DNA from: Lepidodermella squamata
Lineage: Eukaryota > Animalia > Gastrotricha
NCBI GenBank assembly: GCA_047495785.1
Contig: JBLDXI010000012.1
Location: 620,001-684,000, forward strand
Direction: 5' to 3'
Length of the DNA stretch: 64,000 bases
Each line of letters begins with the position of its first letter. Positions within the stretch are counted from its first letter, which is position 1. Both the position numbers and the translations under genes were made by a program. Below are positions 1-12,400 of this stretch, in pieces. Below the pieces are notes generated by a model, which was given only the letters and a program-made list of their open reading frames with translations, did no database searches and had not been told where the DNA came from.

Positions 1-3000
1 TCAAGTCAAACCTGTCAAAATGGCGGAAATTGCGTGCAAAGCGGCGGCAGAATTACTTGCAGGTGCCCGGAGGGATTCGGAGGCGCGTTTTGTCAAAATC
101 CGTTGAACCCCTGCGAATTGACTCCTAACCCGTGTCAATCGGGTTCAACGTGCGTCCAACCGGATCCGGTCCGCAGTCCGCTGGCGTATGCTTGCTTGTG
201 CCCACCTGGCATGACCGGGCAATTCTGTGAGCAAGAGATAAATTATTGCGCGAATGTTTCTTGCCACCACGGCGGATCTTGCGTGAATCACGGCACTTCG
301 TTCCAGTGCATCTGCCAGACCGGATTTACGGGTGCTTACTGCGAGTTGGACATTGTAAGTTGCGACTAATCATCTACTTATGATTATTTCATGATCCCAC
401 GCGTTTTTCTTCCAGGACGAATGCAAGCTGTTTGCGCCATGTGCGCAGTCGGGGGCACCGTGTCGAAACACGATGGGCTCGTACGAATGTGATTGCCGTG
501 CTATTACCAGCCGCTGGGTAGACGGCAAAAATTGCACCGTGCCTCTTACAGGTATAACAAGAATCTGTTATTTTTTCGTAGTATCATAGCATAAAGCCGT
601 AGAAAAATCGCGCCAGACTAGACGGGTGTTTTATATTCTGCGTAGCACTCGCGTATGTGCACAGCTGGTTCTCATTGCTGGGCGAAAAAAGTATCGTAAA
701 TTAATAATAATTTCACCCCCAACTCTGGCCCACTATCTCTAGTGATTTAATTGCCAGACTAGCACCTAGAACTCCGAATGAACTTCTGTCATTTGGCGAC
801 GTCAGTTTTTATTGGCTTATTAACAATTGGTATTAGATAGACGCAAGATTTATTCATTCTTGTAATTTGCTATTCTTCTAGGCTGCTCGGGCAAGAATCT
901 GTGTCAGAATGGCGGTACCTGTCATCCGATTTTACAAGACGAGGCGCGCAATGTCCACGATTTCTACTGCATTTGCCCTCAAAGCTGGACAGGAACTTAT
1001 TGCGAAATCGCTAATACAATCAGTTTATATGGAAATGGGTCGATGAAGTACAGCCGGCCTGTTAGAGACATGCCTATATTCCTTACTTTCGACTTCAGAA
1101 CTACGATACCGGAGGGATCACTTCTCGATATCGTCCTAGCAAAAGATCGGTTAGATGACGGCAGATCGAGTTCACCGGCGTTAATTTCGCTGAATTTATT
1201 GCGCGGCTATCTTCGCATCAACTTTTTCCAGCGTAAACAATTTGCATATCCTTATTCGGCTGCTAATGACGACTGGACTTCGGTTGAACTCGCAGTTTAC
1301 CAGAACGGAACCAGCAAAATTAAGGTCAAGCAATCGATGTGCGATTTTCCATTCTGCATGTCCTCCTTCGAGGCCGTTGCTCCGGCTGGTTTAATTTCGC
1401 AAGATTCTGACCAGATGATGCATTTCTTCTTCGGATCTCGATCGAAGCCGACATCATCAGGTTTCATTGGCTGTGTCAGAAATGCGACATTGAACACTGA
1501 TATTGTCATTAATTCGCTGTTAACTGAAAAGTTGAACACTTATCACGGATGCCGCCAGACCAGTCCATGTTCCGAGCCTTCGAACCAGTGCAGCGGGAAT
1601 GGAGTTTGCGTCGATCGTTGGATTCGAACTGATTGCAAGTGCTCGCCTGGCTTCGATGGTCCCACCTGTTCTCAGCGCTTGCCAAAATACACCCTTGGTT
1701 ATGTTGATTCGATGCCGAAATCGATAAAACTAACCCCTACACCGGCTTTCAAGTACCCACTAGACATGACAATCGCGTTCAGACCATCACCGACCAATGG
1801 TAACATGACAACTCAGCTACTCATGGTCAGCTTCAATTCATCTGGTCAATCGAATGTCGGATTTTTATTCACCCTGTCGAATAACTGGTTATTTATGAAT
1901 GCGAAACAAGTCAGCGGCCGGGTTGAGCCAGGTAATCAGCATCTTCTGTCGTTGTCTGTCACGCCTGATAACCAGAGAAATAGCTTGGTGGTTCAGGTTA
2001 GATTGAACGAGACGCTGGTCACAAATTACGACCTACCGCTTCCGAATACAGTGCTAGTTTCGGTGTTGATGGGCAATTCAAACACCCGCATTCGCCGTGA
2101 AACTGTTAATTTATCGACGATACTCGGCTATTTTATCGCGGATATGATCGAAGTGAACGGAAATCGGTTGACTGTAACTGCTCCGAGCAATAGCAGTTTT
2201 GCTGGAATGACCGTTGACACAACGCTGGCTGTACCCTACGAGTTCATGAAGTCGGTTTGCCGGCCCACTGAGCCGTGTAAAAACGGCGGGGTTTGCCGCA
2301 ATTCTATTGCCGAGGGTTTTCAATGCCAATGCACGAAAGGATTTTCCGGCCGGACCTGCTCAGAACCGCAGCCGTGTGACTACGTTAATTGCCCGCCTCC
2401 GTTTTCATGCGTAGCCGTATCCTCAGACAAGGCTTACTGCTCCGGGTCGATATCTCTCGATGGCTATAAAGAGTTCGTTGAATTCGACGCTGAGAAGACC
2501 GCTTCGATTTTCGACTCGGCTATGAAGCCGTTCAAAGTCCACTTCGAGTTCAGGACGAAGCAACAGAACGGCGTTGTTATGCTTGCGGTTGCGCGAAAAA
2601 CTGGCCGTTACTTCCTCGTTGAACTAATCAATCGACGTCTTGTGCTGTCGCAAAACATTTTGCAGTCTAGCGCCAGCGGTTGGTTGAGCCAGGAGGAGGA
2701 AATCGCCGATGGCTCGTGGGTTAATTTCAGCCTAGAAATTGCGTCATCGATTAACGGCAATCAATTGCGGCTGCAAATGACAAAATCTAACGGCGGAGAG
2801 TCGCGAGTTGTAGCGGCTGGCAATTTCCCGATTGCGCAGCAACCTGCGTTCTACGCGGCTACCGATTTTTCGTTGTTCTTCGGCGGCGTTGCTATGGAAA
2901 CGTATTCGAAGTTGAAATCGGTGTTCGCCACACGTTGGAATATGACTATGTGCATTAAAAACGCGAGTTATGCCGACATACCGCTGGTTTCTGTGATGCC

Positions 3001-5057
3001 GAAGAGTTTGACAACGCGATTTGGCAACTACCAGGCATCGACCCTGGTTCGCGGTTACGAAACACTGCTGACGGTTACTGATCGGGCGCAGTTTAGCTAC
3101 GGCTGCCCGCCGACCTCGCCGTGCTCGACATCGCCGGACCTAGCGGTGTGTCAGAACCGAGGCACGTGCCTGGCGCAATGGCTCGACGATTATTCATGCA
3201 CGTGTCCGGTCGGTTTCACCGGAAAGTATTGCCAGGCGCTGGTTTCCGCCTGCTCACCTGCGAACCCGTGCGGCCCTGGTTCGACGTGTTTCGACCTCGT
3301 GGGTGGCGGCTATCGCTGTTCGTGCGCTCCTGGACGAAGTGGCGAGAGGTTCGTTGTTTTCGGTTTCAAGTTTCATTTTGATTACCTTCATTGCCCGCGC
3401 CTTATCACACAGTCCCCGCCCGCATTTTTATTAAGGCAAAAGTAAATGTGCCATGATAACACCTTATCACTCGAGCGGAAAAATTCACCCTGTCTGCTAT
3501 GTTATTCTAAATTACATAGAGAACTATTTTATACGTGAATCATGCGTTTTCTTATATTTTCACTTATTTCGATTTTCATATTACCCAGATGCGAGACCAC
3601 TGTTGAAAATTCGCCATCGCTGATTCTTAACAGTGTTTGCGACACGTTGAAGCCGTGTAAGAACAAGGCGTCTTGCGTTCCGACAAATGGCGCCCCGGGT
3701 GGCTATCGATGCAACTGCCTCGGAACAGGCTTCGACGGCCAGAATTGCACGGTTGCTCTATCGCTGTCATGCTCTCCTGCTTCTGAAGCGCCGTGCCTCA
3801 ACGATGGCGTGTGCATGAATTCTACTGCGACGAATCCGTTGGAAGCCAACTTCACTTGTTCATGCAAAAATGGGTTCTACGGTCGCGTTTGCGAATATGC
3901 GACCGACTGGTGTGCTGGAAACAACTGCCTTAATGGCGCCAAGTGCCTGCCGCAGCCGCAATACCAAAATTACACCTGCATGTGTGCCCCTGGTACGTTT
4001 CAATTTTTTCGATAATTAAGGAGGATTTTTTGTTTATTTTCATTAATTTCCTTTATGTTCGTTGTTTTTACATTTTGTTTCAATATTTTCAGGCTACACC
4101 GGCGATATGTGTGAAAACAAGACGGATTTCTGCGCGTCGAAGCCGTGTTTCAACAAGGGTGTATGCGAGAACACCGCCGTCGGCTACAACTGTTCATGTG
4201 CGAGAGGTTTCTACGGCGCTAATTGTCAGTTGCGCGAGGCGGGCGTCTGCGAAAACAAGCCGTGCAAACGCGGCGTGTGCGTCGAAACCGACGGCGGGCA
4301 GAACTTCACGTGCGACTGCTCGAACGAGCCCGGCTACGACCCGGTCACGTGCGACGACGTCGACGAGTGTGTAACGCTGTCACCTTGCAAAAACAACGCC
4401 GTTTGCGCGAATCTGGTCGGCGACTACAACTGCACGTGCGAGCTTGGCTTCGCGGGCAAAAACTGCTCAGAGGTGAACTGCGCGGCTGTTGATTGCATCC
4501 ACGGCAAGTGCAAGGAAACGCTAGACAACACCTGGGAATGTGAATGCGAGCCTTTCTACCACAAGGTCGACAAGTTCTGCTCGAAGGGAGACAAATGCGC
4601 AGCAAAGCCGTGTTTCAACGGCACTTGCATCCCAGACCAGATGCGGCCGTTCGACAGCTATCGTTGCGACTGCGCGCCAGGGTGGTTGAACGAAAACTGT
4701 TCGACTGCGAATTGCACGCTGGACAAAAATTATTGTTCAAACGGTGGCAGGTGTCGAATGGTCGAGGAAACACTTGGCTTCTGGATCGCCCAGTGCGACT
4801 GCCCGACCGGCTGGACCCCGTCATCTTTGTGCACTGAGGCGATTAAGATGGAAGAATTCCGGGCTGAGTGGGTCTGGGCGCCTCTAGTCGCCGCATTTTC
4901 GGCCGCCCTGCTAATATGCGCAGTAATTCTATTCCTCCGGATTAAACAGAAACGAGCGACTGGCGGCAATTATTCGCCGTCGAGACAGGAAGCTATCGGG
5001 ACGAGGGTGGAACTTGAAGACATCATCAAACCACCGCCCGAAGAACGGCTAATATGA
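1..5057 (+). CDS. crb: Crumbs (EGF/laminin-G type I membrane polarity protein), 5'-truncated by the window edge. Exons <1-354, 416-551, 882-3348, 3589-3992, 4093-5057
   Basis: Many EGF repeats interleaved with LamG-like blocks (FDFRT, FEFRT...NG), a TM helix, FERM-binding GNYSPSRQE and C-terminal PPPEERLI, which is diagnostic of Crumbs. GT-AG introns join in phase. Confidence 0.95.
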
Positions 5058-7612
5058 GCCCTCTAGATCACATCACATTCTCGCGCTTCTTTCTCATTGT
5101 CAAATACCTGAAGCTCTTTTTTGTTATATCAGATGAAGCTATTTTCTACCGCTCGAAAACAGATGCACGGTTTTATAATAATTATTATAAATAAATGAAG
5201 ATGAAACAAATAATTATCAGAGATCGACGAAATTATGTGCGAACCAACAAATTGATGGTGATTGCATATGTAGCGTCTTGTAAATACACGCGTCTTTTTT
5301 ACGATTTTGATGTTTTATATTTCTTGTGTTATCGTGTACGATATACGAGAAGTGGTTGCCGCCTGCCCGTGATCTTTTTCCGAACATTTGAGTCCCACGT
5401 TGTGAAATAACGTGATCCTTCTCATCTTCCTGTTTCGTTACAATAGCCGAGAGTTGAAGCCACCTTAATATTTCCTGCTGACCACTCGATTCTCTGTTTC
5501 CAAGTTTTTCTTGTTAACTGTTCAAACAAATCATTGCGTAACTTAACCAGATCAATCGGTGTTGTGATGATAATACTGCTCTCTCTCGTTCTCAGTCTAA
5601 TTTTTGAAAATATTTCGCTTCGCAATACCTAAATTTTACGTGTTTTGTCATCTCTTTGTTCGCTCAATATTCCAACAACTGAGTTGTTTTCGCCTATCAG
5701 TTCTTTCCCGCGTCAATAATTTGCCCTTATGAATTTAATTGGGCTTGATGATCAATCTGACTCCCGAGGTTGTGTTTTTATCGAAAAAGATGATTATATT
5801 ATTATCATGAGATCATCGTTCATTCTTGTTTATTTTATGCCACTCCGGATCGACCAACACGTTTTTGTGATTTTATCATATATAATAAATTGGCTACACC
5901 TGAACACGCTCCACTAGGAAATATGAAAATTGTTGCCTGATTTTACTTGAAGAAATGTTTTCTCTACCTTAATTCTCGCGACATTGTATAATTTGTAGTT
6001 CATGAAATAGGTATATTTGTCTACATTGTATATTATTCAAATTAATGATGATAAATCTATGATTTTAAATTGCTGCTACGATGCACACATGAGAAGCGTT
6101 TATGACATTTTGATTGTTGCCTTTGTTGTCTCTTATTTGTTCGGTCTTTGATAAAAATAACAAGTGGAGAGTTGAAAAAATAAAAACCGAAAGATTTGTT
6201 ACGCCAGAAACTCGCGCTCTTGTTATTGTTTTTTCCCCAACAGTTTTCCGGTGTAAAATTAGATAGCGATTTGATCGTAGTTGTTTACCAGGATGCTGGA
6301 TCCGTGAGCAACGCGTAGGCTTCATATCCACTACTAATCAGGTAGCGGGTGCCGTCATTTTCAGCGTTCTAAATGAGTAGAATTGCGCTCATTGTGTGTA
6401 CACTACGTGGAACGGGAGGTATTGGGGCACGTCGTCGCACACGGAATACGAAATTAACGTAGTTTTAATGAACAGTTCGCGAAAAGCTGAGCTCTCCCTA
6501 ATTTCGCAGCTGCACTACGCTGCGTGCTGAGGGAATGGTGTGTTGTAGCCATCACCGGACTAATGATGTCTCCAAAAGGTTGTTAAAGTCGCCGCAACTC
6601 AACTCTGAAATGGCTCTGCCCTACTTGGAGTACACCGAGCTCCGCATATTTGCAGTATATACATTTCACTACGGAATTTCGAGTTCTAAATTTTATACTA
6701 GGAACACCTGGCATATTTCAATTTTAGGAAAAATGATATTTTTCGCCCATCCTGCCAAAGGTATAAACATTTTTTGCGAATTCCCAGGTGGCATATGGTG
6801 CCAAAATTACCAGCGTGATTCAGATTTTTTTTAGCGTAAAGAGCCTATGAACTATGAATGCTCGCATCGTACAACAAAGCGTCGTTTTTTTATTAAAAAA
6901 GCGCATGATTGCGTGAAAAAGCAGCCTCCTTTCATTATTATTGCCGCATATAATACAGAACAAGTTTGCACCTGTATTTTCTACGTGGAATCGCTTATTA
7001 TTAGTATTATTGAAAATTAATATATACGAAGACTCATCTCTCTCCGCGTCCATCTTGTAGTCGAGTGTTTTATTAGTATTATACGACAAAAAATTGACTG
7101 CAGCGACAATTGTTTGCCTTTCTTGTGCAGGTATTTTTTTACTATAATATGCACCTATGCCGCGTTTACTTCCATATTTGACACATAACGTGAGGCTGGA
7201 ACATATTATACTGTATAGTTAGGTATAAGTGATGGTCGACTGTACAATGCCGACGCGATGTCGTGTAATATATGCGATTTGCATATATTTATTGCGAATT
7301 CTTGTCTTTTTACTTGTCTTGCGTAAATAAAAAACAAGAGTAAACGGCTTTGCATGCCCATTACAGAGCTAAAAGTACAGCGATAATGCTGTTTTAATAA
7401 TAATATTAATAATGGGTTCTAACGGGCGAAGAGCATACGGCGAATCACTTGACGTGTCGAATAATAAAATAGCAAGCGAACGGAGACACCTAACGCGGGT
7501 ACTTGTCCGCCAAAAGACGCCTGCACGCCCCCCTAAGCTTTTTATACGCGTAACACTTGAGCATACATTATTTCAGCGTTACTATTCTGCACTTGCATGA
7601 CAGTGTTTTTTC

Positions 7613-8297
7613 ATGATACTAATTAAGTTATGGTCTAATTTTACGATTGTTTTAGGTTAATAAATTGGCACCTAAAAACGGAGTGATTTTTAGTGTTGCT
7701 GAAAAATGCCGCATTCAGGTGCGGAGACTACACCTTTTACAACGCTGGACGCTGCCCAGCGAATTTCATTGCTCACAGATCAGTGTTTAACTTCTCCAAG
7801 CCCACTTTGCTCGGGAAATGGCAACTGTACGTTGACTTCCTCAGATGCCCACCGATCGGTAGGGAACTCATCAATGAGCCTTCTACCTGAGATTACAGCC
7901 AATCGACTCGCCACTAATGAAACACAATGCTCTTGCAACCCAGGCAAGTTGAAATTAAAATTAAAATTAAAATTAAATCGAATTTAATTGGCAAACATAT
8001 TTAGGCTGGCAGGGTGAATTTTGCCAGTTCCTCACTAAGTCTACTCAAGCCACGTTTCGACCCGAATGGGTTTGGGCACCCATTGTTTCGGTCTTTGGTG
8101 CTATCTTATTAGTGATCGGAGTTTACTTCCTATTCCGATATATCAAACGGCGCCGCGAGTCGACGGCGACATACAACCCTGGAAAGGAAGAAGTTCTTCG
8201 GCCACGGTTAGACATGGTGATAACGTCTGCCAATACAAACGGCACTTTCCGTCAAATAGATATCATGAAGCCACCACCAATAGAAAGATTGATATAG
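7613..8297 (+). CDS. Mini-Crumbs (Crb3-like), about 186 aa: putative signal peptide, one EGF, TM, FBM and ERLI tail. Exons 7613-7655, 7719-7943, 8005-8297
   Basis: The spliced product reads ...CSCNPGWQGEFC...FRPEWVWAPIVSVFGAILLVIGVYFLFRYIKRRRESTATYNPGKEE...DIMKPPPIERLI*, paralogous to the crumbs C-terminus. Intron 2 is GC-AG (CAG|GCAAGT). Total 561 nt in frame. Exon 1 is the least certain part. Confidence 0.8.
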
Positions 8298-9415
8298 AAA
8301 AATTTTAAGCTATATATTTCAATTTTTATACTATTGTGAGTAATGACTATTTACCGCCTGCTATAGATCAAAATTACCTGAAAATATCGTTGCATGAAGA
8401 TGAGTTGAAGTACAATCAAACGAGTTGTGAAAAGAGTCATTTTTCTTCTTTACAATTCATATCTATAATGAATTCTTTCTTTCATAACATCACCACCTAT
8501 AAGATAACAATATTGTGCATTCCCATCCCGTTCGTTTTTTCACTGAGAGGCAAGAAAATGTTCTGAATAGCGGCTTTACTCGCTATTTCCGCGATTGTAG
8601 TTATTCTTCTTTTCGTCAGAAAATTGTGAGCAAGTTCATCAGTATTTTCATTTTTTGTTTTATAATTCGCACCTTGCTGAGAGAGAATCACTTGCCGTCT
8701 GGACGAAATTGATGCGTGGAAATACGTTTTAAGCGAGTTACCTAAATGCTATGTATAATATTTGATAATGATGATATATTTTTGCCCGTATAATTAGCAA
8801 ATCGAATTATTTCGATCAGTGTCAACTATGCAAATTGGCTGTCTTCTTTCATTTCTGTCAAATCGCGGAGAACCAAAATTGAATAATTAAAATGCGTTTT
8901 TTCATTGAATGGTTGATTAACGAATACATTCGGCGATATTTACAAAACTTGAACGGCTCCAGCATTAAAAAAACAACGGCTTCCTGCAGAAATCATCAAC
9001 GTGTTTTATTTTTAGTTCTTGTTGTAACGTGACCAACTTATAGATCACTTGCCGCAAGGAATTTATCAAGAGTGAGAGAAGTCAGTAATTTTGATAGCAA
9101 CAACTTTTTATTGAAGACACATACACGACATTATATAGCTTAAAATTTCGTTCAATAACGCGTTGAGGCTCAGCACGGAAATAATGGAAAGCAAAAGGTA
9201 TAAACGCAATTTCAATCGAATAGAAGCGATTCTTGTAATCACACCGATTTTGAGCTACACATACGATCCAGCTTAAAAATTACTGACTCGACCTGCGGCG
9301 TGAGTGTGCATGGCTCGAATATTTTTAGAGAATTTTTATTCTTTTCCGAAGTGCAGCACATCCACACAGATGAAACGGGCACATTTTCATAATTTCTCAT
9401 GGGGTAGAAAAGCGG

Positions 9416-12400
9416 TTACGGAGCCGAGGCTATTGTCTCTTTGAGAAACGCAGCCGCATCCGAAACTTCATCGTGAAGGTTCAGAAGATCCGTGAATTCC
9501 TCCAATTCAGCCGGTACCATGTCGGAGTCAAATTTCGAAAGCAGTTTGCCGCAAGCCTGCACTAGGGCCGCGTCATTTTTGCGAATATACGACGCTAGTG
9601 CCTCGGTCCAAGTCGGGGTAGCTGTCAAACGAGGCCATAGGCTCGTGTAAATCGAGTCGCACAGGGCGAAAAACAGCAAAGAGGGGCGATAGACGTCAAA
9701 CGCGTAGATTTGTCGGTCGCCCGACCCTAGCGAGTCGATAGATTGGTTTGGCGATAGATGCCTGGCATGGGCAGCAATCAAAATCCGACGCAACAGCCCG
9801 AGTCTCAGAGCTTGCCATTGATCACGGTCGACAATAAGAAGTGACAGAACTGTGTAGTAAAACGCACCCTCCGGCTCGTAGGCGGACGAGACCCAGCGAG
9901 AAGATGGCTGTTCTAGAAACGCTATCACAACTGAATCCCGAGCATGGGATGACTCATGATTGGTCAAGGCGTACAAGGCTAGATAAAGCAAATGCGGAAC
10001 GAGCTGCAAATTCGTCTCTCGCCCGCCTCCGCCCAAGTCAGCGCTGAACGGCTTTTGTTGGGCCAGTTGAAGCAGCAAATGTTTGACATCATGAACCACG
10101 ATCGAGTATGACCAACCGCCCGTTGACGTCATCGCCAAAGCCGCGACTTCACATACATTCACGTTGTACCGCTGCAATGCAAGATTGAAGTGTTGGTCAG
10201 AAACATTAGGCCCTTGGGTGGGTAGCAAGCCGTTGCAACGAGCCCCGGCGTTGTGAAGCTGAGCCAGGGTCCAATCGGCCTGGCCACCGGCAGAACGCGC
10301 GTGGGACGCAACAGCCGAGTCGTGGCAGTCGATGTGGACACATACCATCGAACTGGCCGTTGCAACACCTGGTCTACCTCTCGGGTCGAACTCATCAAGC
10401 GGCGCGTATCTCGTGTAGGTATAAATAGCCAACAGCCGATTCGGCGATGATTTGTAACCCTCACGGCAAATGCAACACGCCAAACCGGGCTCTTCTTGAA
10501 TCATGGCCGCAGCTTGTAACGAGGCGCGAGGCGTTGTGGTGACGCGAACTTGCCCGGTCGCTTCATCAGTCGCCATACCAAGATCGGCCAACTGTTTCTG
10601 GCGGCGGTTCATCGCCAGTCGCTTCTTCTCCAAACGAGTTGCTTCTCTTATCTCAGCAACAGCTTGTTTCGCCTCACTGGAATCGACCATCGCGTCTAGT
10701 ACTGCCTCGGCAAGAGGACCGATGTTATTAACTGAACAAGCTTGTTCGGTTTGATGAAGTTGCCGCAGACAATTTTCAGCAACGTATTGTTGGCTGCTTT
10801 TGTGCCCTCTGACCAAACCGGCCAGGATCCTCAATACGAAAGGAACGGCTGGTCTGGAGGCCAATTCTCTCCACTCGGGTGAGTCGGGTGCCCATTTTCC
10901 TGACGGCGTGTGCAACTGGATGTATTCAACCGCCATTCCAAGGATACCTGAATAAAATGCATTAATGAATAAGTAAAATCCTCCTCAAAATCTAGAGACG
11001 AACATATTCTATGCATTCTGAATTCAAGAACTACTGAGTTAATGAGTAGATTTTACCTTCAGTGACAATCATGTCTTTGAGATTGCTGCCGTACTCTCCA
11101 ACGTCGATATTTTGTACGACAGTGCAAAAGCAGTCAATGATAAGCTGGTCGTCCGCCGAGCGTTCCTGGTCGAGGCGCGAGAAGGCCGCGCAATACGGCC
11201 GGAAATATTTGATCAACGCTGACATGCAATCGGGCGAGCCAAGGGCCAAATATGGCAGAATGTGCATCAGTGAATGGAGGACGCCCGAGTTTGACCGAGC
11301 CGAAGTCACGGCTAACTGGAGAAGTTGCTCAATCTGGCCAATACTGGCGCATTGACTCGCGAATGCGGCATGCTCACTAGCTGGTAATTGAGCTGCTTCG
11401 GCTAGAATGATTTCTATCAACCGGCAAAGTTCCTGGCTTAAACTTCCGGATTCTGAGGCCGATGACGGCTGGGCGCGGGGAGTGGCTGGCGGACCAGGTC
11501 TGGGGGTCTGACAGGTGGTGGCTGATTCAACAGATTCTGCCCTCAAACAGCGAGTTAGCGCTGTTAGAAGTGATGAGACCGCCCCGAGAGATGAATCGGT
11601 TAATTTTCGCCGATTCGCCGCCACGTTGACGCAATATCCGAGCAGCTTGACAGCAACAGATAATAATGGTTTACCAGCTGCAACGTTTTCAACACCAGCC
11701 AATCGCTCTAAAACTACAGATAAGCCACCGGACGAGCCAGCCATGAGCGATGCCATTTTGAATGTCTCCTCCTTATCGATATTAGCGTCGACAGGCGGCA
11801 GCGATTCGACAGCATCTTCAGTGGCATCCCCCAACAAGCCTCGCATTCGATAAATTATCCGCATAGGTTCGGCCGGATTTGCGTTCGGCCCTGCTTCAGC
11901 TAACCAAACGCGTCGGTAGACATCCTTGACCGGAAGAGAAAGATTGATGATCTTGTTGCGAATAAGAAGCTCCATGCTGTTTTCATCTTCCAACAACGCG
12001 ATGAGTTCACAGTCATGGCAAATTTTGTTCTTGATATCGCGCATCAAAGGACCCATTCCAGGGTCGGTCGACTTGTACGGGTTTCCTAACATTCGACCTT
12101 GAAGGAATTCTTCCTGCTCCTGGCATTTTTCGATTATCATCGTGAAATCGTCCTTTTGTTTCTCCTCGGGATGAATGATCTCACACAAGCGTTCGAAAAC
12201 ATACGCCGGTGACTTGTAGTCATCAAACGGCATAGTTCGCGCGATGGAAATGCAAATATCAGCCAGCTCCCGGCGATCAGCTTCGGATGTTCCCGTCAAT
12301 GTCTCCAACAAAGCTAACATAGCGGCCTGAGTTCTGTCGATGGCGCGAGTTCTTGAGGCTACAAGTCGTTTAAGGGCCAAATAGCCTCGAAGGAGTAACG

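Noticed and set aside
5195-7600. Short ORFs and a C/D-like motif pair (about 6563-6617) between crumbs and mini-crumbs
   Set aside because: AT-rich UTR/intergenic composition, imperfect box C and no recognisable guide.
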